Assembly: GCA_035549175.1 (NCBI GenBank)
Contig: DASZRL010000014.1
Coordinates: 1,122-65,121, forward strand
Direction of reading: 5' to 3'
Length of the DNA: 64,000 nucleotides
DNA from: Chitinophagaceae bacterium
GTDB lineage: Bacteria > Bacteroidota > Bacteroidia > Chitinophagales > Chitinophagaceae
Position 1 is the first letter of the stretch. Each line of letters begins with the position of its first letter. Position numbers and translations under genes: made by a program. Positions 35,730 to 45,871 of the stretch are shown piece after piece. The notes below the pieces were generated by a model. The model was not told the origin of the DNA. It saw only the letters and a program-made list of their open reading frames with translations, and searched no databases.

Positions 35730-36311
35730 TTACTTCTTGGGGAAGAGCATCTTGTAATCCACGTTCACCTTGCCGCGGGATATGTCATCCAGCTTCCCCT
35801 TCATCAGCTTGCGCTTGAGCGGGGGCAGGTAATCGATGAACAACTTGCCTTCGATATGGTCGTATTCATGCAGGATAACCCGGGCAGAAAGTCCCTCAAA
35901 GGTGCGGGTCTGTTCGGTAAACTGTTCGTCGCGGAAGCGCAGGGTTACGGTACCCTGCCTCACGATGTCCTCGCGGATTTTGGGGATGCTGAGGCAACCT
36001 TCGTTGTAGGGCCATTCTTCCCCGTCCAGTTCTACGATATGGGCATTGACAAACACCTGCTTGAGCCCCGGGGCATCCGGATATTCCGCCTTCTCCTCCT
36101 CTTCCATGTTGGCAAACATCTGGAAGGTATCCACCACGAACAGGCGGATGTCCCGGTTGATCTGGGGTGCCGCCAGCCCTACGCCGTTGCTGGCATACAT
36201 GGTCTCCCACATACTGCCGATCAGGTCGGCCAGTCCCGGATAATCCGGGCCGATATCCGCGGCCACCTTGCGCAGGATAGGATGTCCGTAGGCTACAATG
36301 GGTAAAATCAT
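35730..36311 (-). CDS. def: Peptide deformylase
   Basis: 193 aa with GVGLAAPQI, EGCLSIP and HEYDHIEG. Confidence 0.95.
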   Translation of the reverse strand: MILPIVAYGHPILRKVAADIGPDYPGLADLIGSMWETMYASNGVGLAAPQINRDIRLFVVDTFQMFANMEEEEKAEYPDAPGLKQVFVNAHIVELDGEEWPYNEGCLSIPKIREDIVRQGTVTLRFRDEQFTEQTRTFEGLSARVILHEYDHIEGKLFIDYLPPLKRKLMKGKLDDISRGKVNVDYKMLFPKK

Positions 36312-36374
36312 ACGTACTTCACAGGTAATGACGTGGAATAATCGGCAAATTTACCATATTGGGGGCAAATACTC

Positions 36375-36794
36375 TTAAGAGCGCATGGCGGAATCCAGGT
36401 ACTCCTGGAGCAGGATGGTGGCGGCGATCTCGTCCACCAGGCGTTTGTCCCGCCGCTGGCTTTTTTTCAGCCCCATGGCCAGCATGGCATCCCGGGCCAT
36501 TTTGGACGTGTAGCGCTCATCCACCCGTTTGACCGGGATGGCCGGGAACCGCTTCTGCAGGTCCCGGACGCATTTTTCCACCAGGGGCGTGGCATGCGTG
36601 GCCGTATCGTCCCAGTTACGGGGCTCCCCGATCAGGATCAGTTCCACCGCTTCGCGGGCAAAATAATTCTGCAGGTAGCTCATCAGGTCCCGGGAATCCA
36701 CCGTGGTCAGGCCGGAGGCGATGATCTGCAGGGGATCCGTCACGGCCAGCCCCGTGCGCTTCAGTCCGTAATCGATGGCGAGGATGCGGGCCAT
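36375..36794 (-). CDS. ruvX: Holliday-junction resolvase-like nuclease RuvX (YqgF)
   Basis: 139 aa: MARILAIDYGLKRTGLAVTD... and DERYTS. Confidence 0.9.
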   Translation of the reverse strand: MARILAIDYGLKRTGLAVTDPLQIIASGLTTVDSRDLMSYLQNYFAREAVELILIGEPRNWDDTATHATPLVEKCVRDLQKRFPAIPVKRVDERYTSKMARDAMLAMGLKKSQRRDKRLVDEIAATILLQEYLDSAMRS

Positions 36795-36808
36795 GCAAGC
36801 TGATTTGA

Positions 36809-37720
36809 TTAATTAAAAATCCTTACCGGATGAGGAAGTCCCCGGAAAAGATCCGCGATGACAAAGACGGCAAACACCACCGAAGCGATCCCGTTGGCAG
36901 TCATAAAGGCGAGGTTGACCCGGCGCAGGTCATTGGGCCGGACGATGGAATGCTGGTACAGCAGCATACCGGCAAATACCGCCACGCCTGCCCAGTAAAT
37001 CCAGCCGAATCCGCCAAAAAATCCCGCGGAGACCACGCAGGCCGCGCTGAGCAGGTGCAGGAGTTCCGAAACGTGCAGGGCGCGGGCCTTCCCCAGCCAG
37101 GCCGGAATGGAGTACAAACGCTGGGACCGGTCGAACTCCACGTCCTGCAGGGCATAGATGATGTCGAAGCCGCTCACCCAGAAAATGACCGCCAGGGAAA
37201 ACAGCAGGGGCAGCCACGCAAACTGCCCGGTGACGGCCAGGAAGGCACCGATGGGCGCCAGGGAAAGACCCAGGCCCAGCACCAGGTGGCAAAGCGGGGT
37301 AAACCGTTTGGTATAACTGTACCCCAGTACGACCAGCAGCGCCACGGGAGCCAGGTAAAAACAAAGCCGGTTGATCAGGTAAGTGCAAACCAGGAACAGG
37401 GCACTCATCAGCAGGGTAAACCAAAGCACCTGGCTGGCATGCAGGATGCCGGCCGGGATCTCCCGGATCGCCGTCCGCGGGTTGCGCGCATCGAATTCCC
37501 GGTCCAGGTAGCGGTTGAAGGCCATAGCCGCGCTGCGCGCAAAGACCATGCAAAGTACGACCAGCAGGAGCCTGAATCCGTAGCGGGTATACCAGGGCGC
37601 GGAATCCAGCCCACCCTGCCGCGCGAGGACACCCAGAAAAAATCCGATCAGCGCAAAGGGCATCGCAAAAATGGTATGCGAGAATTTGACGAGGCTCAGG
37701 TAATTTTTAACGGTTTTCAT
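36809..37720 (-). CDS. UbiA-family aromatic polyprenyltransferase (4-hydroxybenzoate or menaquinone-type; substrate not resolvable)
   Basis: 303 aa with about 8 TM segments, first Asp-rich motif NRYLDREFDARNPRT and second motif YALQDVEFD. Confidence 0.85.
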   Translation of the reverse strand: MKTVKNYLSLVKFSHTIFAMPFALIGFFLGVLARQGGLDSAPWYTRYGFRLLLVVLCMVFARSAAMAFNRYLDREFDARNPRTAIREIPAGILHASQVLWFTLLMSALFLVCTYLINRLCFYLAPVALLVVLGYSYTKRFTPLCHLVLGLGLSLAPIGAFLAVTGQFAWLPLLFSLAVIFWVSGFDIIYALQDVEFDRSQRLYSIPAWLGKARALHVSELLHLLSAACVVSAGFFGGFGWIYWAGVAVFAGMLLYQHSIVRPNDLRRVNLAFMTANGIASVVFAVFVIADLFRGLPHPVRIFN

Positions 37721-38279
37721 TCCGGTCTAGCAGTTTTTGATGGTCCAGCATCCTGATCCGGTTTCGGACCAGTTCCCACAGGGCTATGCCCGCGGCGACG
37801 CTTACGTTCAGGGAGTGCTTGCTGCCCAGCTGCGGTATCTCCAGCGCGCCGTCGCACCGTGCCAGGACCGCTTCGCTGACCCCTTCGACCTCATTGCCAA
37901 AGACAAGCGCCACAGGTTCGCCGGTCTCCCAGCCGCCTTCCTGCAGAAAGCGGCTGCCCTCGGTCTGTTCCACCGCATAGATGGCATATCCTTCCGCACG
38001 CAGCTGGTCCAGGGCCTGGATGCCTTCGGGAAAATACTGCCAGGCGACGGTTTCCGTGGCGCCGAGGGCGGTTTTGTGAATGTCCCGGTGCGGCGGCCGC
38101 GGGGTATAGCCGCAAAGGTAAATAGCTTCCAGCAGGAAGGCATCGGCGGTGCGGAACACACTGCCGACATTGTGCATGCTGCGGATGTTCTCCAGGACCA
38201 CGACCACGGGTAGTTTGCCGGCCCGGCGGAATTCTTCCACCGAAAGGCGTCCCAGCTCATCCATACTTCGTTTCCGCAT
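37707..38279 (-). CDS. SpoU/TrmH-family RNA 2'-O-methyltransferase
   Basis: Start MRKRSMDELGRL at 38279 is an internal Met and avoids overlap with the upstream gene. Contains NVGSVFRTADAF, LVFGNEVEGVS and IPQLGSKHSLNVSVAAGIALWE. Confidence 0.85.
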   Translation of the reverse strand: MRKRSMDELGRLSVEEFRRAGKLPVVVVLENIRSMHNVGSVFRTADAFLLEAIYLCGYTPRPPHRDIHKTALGATETVAWQYFPEGIQALDQLRAEGYAIYAVEQTEGSRFLQEGGWETGEPVALVFGNEVEGVSEAVLARCDGALEIPQLGSKHSLNVSVAAGIALWELVRNRIRMLDHQKLLDRNENR

Positions 38280-38301
38280 GCCGCAAAGATACGCCGCCCG
38301 G

Positions 38302-41300
38302 CTAGTTGCCCAGCAGCAGTTTTTGACGGTACACGCTGACGGAGGTCCGTATCTCGACAAGGTACAGGCCGCTGGCAAAGGCGCGGGTGTCCAGGCTGAC
38401 CTCGGAGGCGCCCGATGCGGAAAGCGATCGGACCAGCCGGCCGCTCAGGTCGAAAAGCTGTACTGTCCGGATGGGCTCGGTACCCGCCACGATATGGACG
38501 GTGCCCCGGGCCGGATTGGGGAATACCAGCGGGGACCGGGCTGCCGTAATGCGTACAAACACAGGCGCCGAATAGGTCACCGTCCCGTCCTGCGTGGTGA
38601 TGCGCAGCCGGTAGTAGCTGATTCCCGGCAGCGGAGAGGGATCCGTGCGGGTATAGGTCTGTGTGAACCGGCCCGCGTTGACGGCCGCCACGGTATCCAC
38701 GGCCTGATAGGTCCGGTTGTCAGCGCTGCGCTCGACCACAAAGTTCTCAATATTGCTCTCCAGGGTGGTCACCCATTGCAGCTGGACGGTCTTATCCAGT
38801 TGCAACTGGGCGGTGAAGGACTGCAGCACATAATCCTGGGCCCCGCCAAGCGCATAGTTGTCCAGGGTCGCCACCGACAACACGTCGTTGTTGTGACTGG
38901 TCAGGGCCAGGCCGGCATACACCGGCGTTCCGGCTCCGAAGCCTGCGTCCACCGGGTTACCCACCTGGGTCCACGTACTTCCGTTGACTGACATATAGGC
39001 CGTATACAGGGAGCCTTTTTTGTCCAGGCGAAGCCAGTAGGGCGCTGAAGTCCCGGGGCCCGTATTGACATTGTTGCTGAATCCGTCCGTCTGGGTCCGG
39101 TTCTGGAAGGCCACCCCATTACCCGACGTCAGGGCCAGGAAGGCGTGGCGGGATCCGGGAGCCAGGCTCTCGCGGAACATGATACCGCATTTGTTCCAGG
39201 GATTGCTGTTATCCAGGGTGACCACGCGCACCCGGATTTCCCCGTCGCCCACAAAGGTCTTGAAGGCAAAGCGGAAGGCATCCTGGGTGTCCCAGATATC
39301 TGTTCCCGATCCATGCAGTTCGAATACACCGGCGTTGAAACAGGCCGAACCGGCCGCGCCCACGTCGCCCACATCCTGGGTGGTCCACCGGGTGGGCAGG
39401 GGCCCGCAATGGCTGTTGCACGCGAGCGTGGAAAACGCGGACTGCTGGGCATATCCGCTGGTGTCTCCGGCGCCGCAGATATGCCGCACCCGGAACAGGT
39501 AATCCGTGGCGCAGGACAGGTTCGTCAACTGCACCCGGGTCGTGTCCGCCACCACGGAGATCCAGTCGGGAGCCGACACGGTTTTGTATTGCAGCAGGTA
39601 GGCGTCCGCAGCCGGTCCGCTCCAGTGCAGGACGGCCGTATTCTCATAAATATCGGTGACAGACAGGGCCGCCGGCTCGGCGCACTGGTTGGCGCTCAGG
39701 CTCCCGTAGGCTTCCAGTTCAGTCAGTGAATATCCATGCCCGGTAGCCGAGGCTGTGGCCAGCACGCGCAGGTAGCGGCCGGTGCCGTGCACCCGCAGCG
39801 TGTTCACCAGGCTGCTGTTGCCGGCAAGGCGGATCAGGGGGGTCCAGTTCAGGCTGTCATCAGAAACCTGGACCTGGAAATCCCGGGCGTAATCAGCCGC
39901 CCAGTTCAGCACCACGCTGCACAGGTCGTATCGCTTACCCAGGTCGATCTGCAGCCACTGGGGGTCCGTGGCCAGGCTGGCCCAGCGCGTGGCGGCACTG
40001 CCATCGACGGCCGCACCCGCCGGAAACTGGCTGGCATCGGCCGACGAGGAAGCACTGGCGGGGCGTCCCAGGGCCAGGTTGACCGACTGGCAGGTATCGG
40101 TCCCCGGTCCCCCCTGAAGGCCATACACAACCAATTGGTTGGAAAAGGTGGCCAGGTACACTTTGCCATTGGCGATCACCGGGCAGTTGAACTTGGCGTA
40201 ATTGCCCGGGTCGTCGGAAGGGTAGATGGAGGAGTTCCAGAGCTCCCGGGTTACATCGTTGGCATCAAAGGCCCGCAGGATGCCGGGGCGTACCGACTGG
40301 TTCGCGTCCCCGCTGGCGGCATAGGCGGCCCAGAGTATGGCCGAGGAATCCGCCGACCCGTTGGAAGAAACAGCCAGGAAGGCCCCGTTGTTGCCCACAG
40401 GTCCCTGCACCCCGCTGCTGATGGTTGCTCCCAGGTTGAACCGTCCGGCGGACCGGTCGTACGGCAGGGCTTTCAGCAGGGCATTTTCGGACCAGGTATA
40501 CACATATTCAGCCTGGGTGCCGTGGTAATAGGCCAGGGAAGAACGCAGGTGCGCATTGGTCCCCAGGTTGATGGACTGCACCACCTGGTTGGAGCCGCTG
40601 CTGTACCCGCCCATGTTATCGCGGTCAAGCAGGTAAATGTTCCCGTCCTTGCAGCTGGTCATCACCCGGTTGGTGCCGGGGATCAGCAGCATCTCGGTCA
40701 CCCCGAAGTCCAGGTCGGAGGCTTCCAGCTCACTGATATTCATCGGGGTGAAAAAGGTGCTGACCGAAAGGGAGGATCCCGAGGGAGTCAGTTTGAGGGC
40801 GCTTTCCGAGCGGTTCACCACGTCGGACGGGTTGCCGTTACGGCCGACCGAGCCGTTACCCACGGCGACATACAGGTTACCGGAGGAATCGACGGCCGGG
40901 GCCGCGGCGCTCATCCAGATTCCCCCGTTGTATCCTTCCGGTGTCGTATTGTACACAACCTTTTGTTCCAGGGTGGTTTTGTCGTAACCCATGATCCAGC
41001 CGTGATAGGGCCCCCAATCGCAGTGGGAGGCCCATGTGATGTAGACCAGTCCGCCGGCCATCACCAGACCGGGTCGCTGGTTTTGTTTCTGGGGATCAAA
41101 GGTGATCTGGCCGTTTACGCTGCCATCGCCGTGGCCGTTGACGGTGGCCGTTATAAGCCGGGGGCTGCCGGCACGTTCGGCCCCGGTGCGTACATCCAGG
41201 GCATGCAGGTATTGGTAAAAGGTATTGCCGGCCGTACTGACGCTGCGGGCTACGACATACAGGGTTCCGGTGGCGGTATCGATCACCGGCGTGCCCACGA

Positions 41301-41748
41301 TCCCCATATTCCCGGAGAAATCCCGGTATCCCCCGCCGCAGGCGCCCGTCATGTCCGTATTACGCACGGGGCGTCCGCCGCTGGCCGTCAGGCTGACCTG
41401 CCAGTAGGGCGCTGTCACGGAGGCGGAGTCCGCATCAAAGGCATAAACACTGTTATTGACCGTGGCAACCAGCACCAGATTTCGCAGGCCGGTACCGGGA
41501 ATATTCACCCCGGCGAGCACCAGGGGCTGTGCATAGACCTGGTCATCCACCGGCCGGCTGAACAGTTTGCCGAAGGTTCCCGGCCGGACGTTAGCGGTGG
41601 TGAGTTGGGTCTCCTGGTTGTACCAGCCGGTGCCGGAAGGGTCGTGGTGCTGCATGACCACGGACTGCTGGGCGCGGGCCGCCGGGCCCAGATAGGCCGC
41701 CAGGATCAGCCATCCCAGGCTACGGATTAAAATCAATATTTTCTTCAT
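38302..41748 (-). CDS. Large multidomain T9SS-secreted protein: PQQ-like beta-propeller, F5/8 type C (discoidin), FN3-like, ConA/DUF1349-like and Ig-like domains, plus a T9SS C-terminal sorting domain
   Basis: 1148 aa with a signal peptide. Discoidin segment NLALGRPASASSS...AAVDGSAATRWAS...WLQIDLG. C-terminal VFPNPARGTVHIV...VQLFDLSGRLV...FASGLYLVEIRT...KLLL is a type-A Por sorting tail. Confidence 0.85.
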   Translation of the reverse strand: MKKILILIRSLGWLILAAYLGPAARAQQSVVMQHHDPSGTGWYNQETQLTTANVRPGTFGKLFSRPVDDQVYAQPLVLAGVNIPGTGLRNLVLVATVNNSVYAFDADSASVTAPYWQVSLTASGGRPVRNTDMTGACGGGYRDFSGNMGIVGTPVIDTATGTLYVVARSVSTAGNTFYQYLHALDVRTGAERAGSPRLITATVNGHGDGSVNGQITFDPQKQNQRPGLVMAGGLVYITWASHCDWGPYHGWIMGYDKTTLEQKVVYNTTPEGYNGGIWMSAAAPAVDSSGNLYVAVGNGSVGRNGNPSDVVNRSESALKLTPSGSSLSVSTFFTPMNISELEASDLDFGVTEMLLIPGTNRVMTSCKDGNIYLLDRDNMGGYSSGSNQVVQSINLGTNAHLRSSLAYYHGTQAEYVYTWSENALLKALPYDRSAGRFNLGATISSGVQGPVGNNGAFLAVSSNGSADSSAILWAAYAASGDANQSVRPGILRAFDANDVTRELWNSSIYPSDDPGNYAKFNCPVIANGKVYLATFSNQLVVYGLQGGPGTDTCQSVNLALGRPASASSSADASQFPAGAAVDGSAATRWASLATDPQWLQIDLGKRYDLCSVVLNWAADYARDFQVQVSDDSLNWTPLIRLAGNSSLVNTLRVHGTGRYLRVLATASATGHGYSLTELEAYGSLSANQCAEPAALSVTDIYENTAVLHWSGPAADAYLLQYKTVSAPDWISVVADTTRVQLTNLSCATDYLFRVRHICGAGDTSGYAQQSAFSTLACNSHCGPLPTRWTTQDVGDVGAAGSACFNAGVFELHGSGTDIWDTQDAFRFAFKTFVGDGEIRVRVVTLDNSNPWNKCGIMFRESLAPGSRHAFLALTSGNGVAFQNRTQTDGFSNNVNTGPGTSAPYWLRLDKKGSLYTAYMSVNGSTWTQVGNPVDAGFGAGTPVYAGLALTSHNNDVLSVATLDNYALGGAQDYVLQSFTAQLQLDKTVQLQWVTTLESNIENFVVERSADNRTYQAVDTVAAVNAGRFTQTYTRTDPSPLPGISYYRLRITTQDGTVTYSAPVFVRITAARSPLVFPNPARGTVHIVAGTEPIRTVQLFDLSGRLVRSLSASGASEVSLDTRAFASGLYLVEIRTSVSVYRQKLLLGN

Positions 41749-41911
41749 GGCAGTCAGTTGCCGGGTCCGCCCCGCAAGCCACCCTGTCGGGGGAACGAGC
41801 CGGATCCAAACACCCTAAAATACGAACTATCCCCGGCTTGTGGAAGGTAGTTTTTAACAGGCGGCCCCGGCCGGGTTTTTTCTGCCCCTGCCTTCCTTAT
41901 TTTTGCTGCCC

Positions 41912-44566
41912 ATGGCAAAATCAACCACTTCGGAAACACCGTTAATGCAGCAGCACGGGGCCATCAAGCAAAAATACCCCGATGCCATCCTGCTGTTCCG
42001 GGTGGGCGACTTTTATGAGACATTCGGCCAGGACGCCCTGGTCGCCTCCCGGGTGCTGGGCATCACCCTGACCCGCCGCAACAACGGCGCAGCTGCCTCG
42101 TCCGAACTCGCCGGCTTTCCGCACCATGCCCTGGACAGCTACCTTCATAAGCTGGTCCGGGCGGGATACCGCGTGGCCATCTGCGACCAGCTGGAAGACC
42201 CCAAGCAGGCCAAGGGGATCGTCCGGCGGGGTGTCACCGAAATGGTGACACCCGGCACCGCCGTGCAGGACAAACTGCTCGAACACCATTCCAATAATTT
42301 CCTGGCGGGCCTGCAGGTCACCGAAGAGGACCGGTACGGCCTGGCCTTCCTGGACCTGTCCACCGGGGAATTCCTGGTAGCCGAAGGAGACCGGGAATAT
42401 GCCGATAAACTCCTGCAAAGCTTCCGGCCGGCAGAACTGGTTTTTCCGCGCCGCTTCCAGCGCCGGTTCCGCGAACTGTTTCCCGGCAAAGTGTACAGTT
42501 ATCCCATGGACGAATGGATCTTCCAGGAGCCCTTTGCCCGCGAGCTGCTGCAAAAGCATTTCCAGACGCATTCCCTCAAGGGGTTCGGCGTGGAAAATCT
42601 TCCCCTCGGGCTGACCGCAGCCGGCGCCCTGATCCATTACCTGCGGGAAACAGAACATCCCCACCTTCAGCACATCACCACGCTGCAGCGCATTGACCGG
42701 GATGATTTCCTGTGGATGGACCGCTTCACCATCCGTAACCTGGAACTGGTCCGGGTTCAGCAGGATGGCCAGCCGGAAGGATCCCCGACCCTGCTGTCCG
42801 TCCTGGACCATACGGTCTCCCCCATGGGAGCCCGCCTATTGAAGCGCTGGCTGCTGTTCCCCCTGCGCGACGCTGCGCGGATCAACGAGCGGCTGGACCT
42901 GGTGGAATACCTGGTCCGTGAACAGGACCTTCGCAATGCACTGATCCGCCAGCTCCGGGACTGCGGCGATATCGAGCGGCTTGCCTCGAAGATCCCGCTG
43001 AAAAAAATCAACCCGCGCGAGGTGCAGCAACTGGCCCGCGGCCTGCAGCTGGCGGCGGAGATCCGGGAAGCATGCCTTGCCTCGTCCCAACCCTACCTGC
43101 AGCGACTCGGCAATTCCCTGGATCCCTGCCCTTCCATCGCCGCCAGGATCCGCCGCGAACTCAGTGAACAGCCGCCCGTACAGGTCGCCAAAGGCGGTGT
43201 CATGGCCTCCGGCGTCCATGCCGAACTGGATGAACTGCGCCAGATTACCCACCATGGTAAGCATTTTCTGGCCCAGATGCAGCAGCGGGAAGCCGAGGCG
43301 ACCGGGATCGGTTCGCTGAAAATCGGGTTCAACAATGTCTTCGGGTATTACCTGGAGGTAACCCATGCCCACCGGGAGAAGGTCCCAGGGCACTGGATGC
43401 GCAAGCAAACGCTGGCGAACGCAGAGCGCTATATCACCCCGGAGCTCAAGGAATACGAGGAAAAGATAACAGGAGCCGAAGAAAAGATCCTCCGGCTGGA
43501 AGCCAGCCTGTTTGACCAGCTGCTGCAGGACCTCGGCGCATACCTGCCTGCCCTGCAGGGCAATGCGGCCACCCTGGCCACCCTGGATTGCCTGGCCTGC
43601 TTTGCCGCCAATGCCGTCAACTTCCAATACCGCAGGCCCCGGCTTCATGAAGGCGATGAACTGGACATTCGCCAGGGCCGCCACCCGGTGATCGAACGCA
43701 ACCTGCCGCCGGGGGAGGCCTATATTGCCAACGACCTGCTGCTGGACAAGACCAGTCAGCAGATCATCATTTTGACCGGACCGAACATGAGCGGGAAAAG
43801 CGCCTTGCTCCGCCAGACGGGCCTGATCACCCTGATGACGCATATCGGCAGTTTCGTACCGGCCGCGGAAGCGCGCATACCCCTTACCGATAAACTCTTC
43901 ACCCGGGTGGGCGCCTCCGACAACCTGAGCGGGGGGGAATCCACCTTCATGGTGGAGATGAATGAGACGGCCTCGATCCTGAACAATATGACGGAACGCA
44001 GCCTGATCCTGCTGGACGAGATCGGTCGCGGAACCTCCACGTATGACGGGATCTCGATCGCCTGGAGCATCGCGGAATACCTGCACCAGGCTCCCCAGCA
44101 GCCCAAGACCCTGTTTGCCACGCATTACCATGAACTGAATGAGCTGGCCACCACCTTAACCCGGGTAAAAAACTTTCATATCACCCACCAGGAACTGGGC
44201 GGCAGGATCCTGTTCCTGCGCAAACTGGCGCCCGGCGGCAGCACCCACAGCTTCGGTATACACGTGGCCCGCATGGCGGGTATGCCCCCCGGCCTGATCG
44301 ATCGGGCCCATGAAATTCTCGGCCACCTCGAGGGCCACGCGCTGGGCCAGGAAATTCCCCCGGCCGCTCCCCGGGCCGAACCTTCGCCGGGTGCCGCGCT
44401 CCGCACCATGCAGGCCGGAGAACCCCGGATACAGCTCTCCATTTTCGATGCCCACAGCGAGACATTCCGGGAGATCCGGCAGCTGCTGGAAGGCATCGAC
44501 ATTGACCGGCTGACGCCGGTTGAAGCGCTTGTCAAGCTCCAGGAAATCAAAAACCGGCTCCGGTAA
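41912..44566 (+). CDS. mutS: DNA mismatch repair protein MutS
   Basis: ATG at 41912 (MAKSTTSETPLMQQH...). Contains FRVGDFYE, Walker A GPNMSGKS, DEIGRGTST and a C-terminal HTH-like end. Confidence 0.95.
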   Translation: MAKSTTSETPLMQQHGAIKQKYPDAILLFRVGDFYETFGQDALVASRVLGITLTRRNNGAAASSELAGFPHHALDSYLHKLVRAGYRVAICDQLEDPKQAKGIVRRGVTEMVTPGTAVQDKLLEHHSNNFLAGLQVTEEDRYGLAFLDLSTGEFLVAEGDREYADKLLQSFRPAELVFPRRFQRRFRELFPGKVYSYPMDEWIFQEPFARELLQKHFQTHSLKGFGVENLPLGLTAAGALIHYLRETEHPHLQHITTLQRIDRDDFLWMDRFTIRNLELVRVQQDGQPEGSPTLLSVLDHTVSPMGARLLKRWLLFPLRDAARINERLDLVEYLVREQDLRNALIRQLRDCGDIERLASKIPLKKINPREVQQLARGLQLAAEIREACLASSQPYLQRLGNSLDPCPSIAARIRRELSEQPPVQVAKGGVMASGVHAELDELRQITHHGKHFLAQMQQREAEATGIGSLKIGFNNVFGYYLEVTHAHREKVPGHWMRKQTLANAERYITPELKEYEEKITGAEEKILRLEASLFDQLLQDLGAYLPALQGNAATLATLDCLACFAANAVNFQYRRPRLHEGDELDIRQGRHPVIERNLPPGEAYIANDLLLDKTSQQIIILTGPNMSGKSALLRQTGLITLMTHIGSFVPAAEARIPLTDKLFTRVGASDNLSGGESTFMVEMNETASILNNMTERSLILLDEIGRGTSTYDGISIAWSIAEYLHQAPQQPKTLFATHYHELNELATTLTRVKNFHITHQELGGRILFLRKLAPGGSTHSFGIHVARMAGMPPGLIDRAHEILGHLEGHALGQEIPPAAPRAEPSPGAALRTMQAGEPRIQLSIFDAHSETFREIRQLLEGIDIDRLTPVEALVKLQEIKNRLR

Positions 44567-44576
44567 ACCCGCCTGC

Positions 44577-45794
44577 CTAAACATAACTCAGCCACCAGGC
44601 GCGGTGGGTGCTTTTGTAGGCATCAAAGCGCCGGCATAGCGGATAGAGCGCCAGGAATACACTGATCCATACCAGGTAGACCCCCACCAGCCCAAACCCG
44701 AACTCCGGCGGACGGAACAGGAAGGGACTGCCGGGCGTAACGATCTGGTCGGCCCGGAAATGCTGCAGGTAAAAAACGGCCACCACGATCAGGTGCAGCA
44801 GGTAGACGTGCAGCACATAATAAAAGAAAGGAACCCGGCCGTAGGTGCGGAAGAAGCGTCCGGCCAGTCCAACCCTGGCACTTCGTTCCAGGAGCCCCAA
44901 CAGGACCAGGGCGGGTCCCAGCGTGATGCAGGCATATAGCAGGGAAGGCGGGTATTTGTTGACATTGATGAAGGAAAGGAAACTGAAAACCGCCCCGCGG
45001 GGCTGGACAGACCAGGGCACCGGGTCCCCATACCGGTTGATTACACGCAGCACCACAAAAGCCAGGATCAGGCCGGCCCCCATACGCAGTATTATCCGGC
45101 GCCGGGACGAGGGGTCCAGCCGTCCGTCGTACAGCCGCCCGAAACAGTAGCCCAGCATCATGAGCCCCATCCAGGGCAAAAAGGAATAGACTATGAACAG
45201 GACCCGGCCGGAATGGATGGGATAGACCGAAAAGTTCCCGAAATAAACCAGGTCACTCACCAGGCCCCCCTTGAGTCCCTGGCTCAGGGAGGGATAATCC
45301 ATCAGATTATGTGCGCAGACGATGACCAGGCCCAGCACAAGGATCCAGGCATAAGGCAGCCGGACCAGCAGGCCGAAAACAACCATGCTCATGCCGATGG
45401 CCCAGATCACCTGGAAAATGATGGTATGATAGCCCGGATCGAAGGTCCAGCTGAACGTGACAAGTACAGCTTCCACCACGATGAGCCAGATGCCCCGCTT
45501 GACCAGGAAAACGCCCAGGGCGGCCCGGCCCTTTTTCAGGCCGATGAGGTAAGCGGAAGTGCCGGCCAGAAACAGAAAGACCGGCGCACAGAAATGGGTT
45601 ATCCAGCGGGTGAAAAACAACAGCGGGGTAGTCGTAGCCAGGTCCGTCGGGCCGGTGGCTACCGTGGAGCCGCTGATGTTGGCGCGGAAAAAAAAGTCAC
45701 GGGTATGGTCCAGGGCCATGATCACCATGACCAGCCCGCGGAGAATATCCAGGGAAACGATGCGGGGGCGGGCTTGCGGGGAAACAGCCGTCAT
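44577..45794 (-). CDS. DUF1624 / heparan-alpha-glucosaminide N-acetyltransferase-like membrane acyltransferase
   Basis: 405 aa, polytopic. N-terminal RIVSLDILRGLVMVIMALDHTRDFF is characteristic of this family. Confidence 0.8.
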   Translation of the reverse strand: MTAVSPQARPRIVSLDILRGLVMVIMALDHTRDFFFRANISGSTVATGPTDLATTTPLLFFTRWITHFCAPVFLFLAGTSAYLIGLKKGRAALGVFLVKRGIWLIVVEAVLVTFSWTFDPGYHTIIFQVIWAIGMSMVVFGLLVRLPYAWILVLGLVIVCAHNLMDYPSLSQGLKGGLVSDLVYFGNFSVYPIHSGRVLFIVYSFLPWMGLMMLGYCFGRLYDGRLDPSSRRRIILRMGAGLILAFVVLRVINRYGDPVPWSVQPRGAVFSFLSFINVNKYPPSLLYACITLGPALVLLGLLERSARVGLAGRFFRTYGRVPFFYYVLHVYLLHLIVVAVFYLQHFRADQIVTPGSPFLFRPPEFGFGLVGVYLVWISVFLALYPLCRRFDAYKSTHRAWWLSYV

Positions 45795-45871
45795 GTGGTT
45801 GGTTTTAGGGTCTTAAAAGATACGGGATATTTTCAACAGGCCCCGGGAAAATGGTATTCCCCGGCGGACCG

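Noticed and set aside
39736-41730. 664-aa + strand ORF, together with similar long ORFs at 167..1333, 11440..12966, 14393..15658, 22091..23311, 24092..25264, 26544..28088, 46312..47502, 47807..49636 and 49719..51863
   Set aside because: Each lies fully antisense to a gene with unmistakable family motifs (T9SS cargo, M14 peptidase, PBP1A, OmpA, DAHPS, aminotransferase, DEAD helicase, MgtE, GlmS, DUF4954). Their translations are Gly/Pro/Arg/Ala/His/Val-rich with no motifs. This is the usual stop-codon-poor shadow frame of GC-rich coding DNA.
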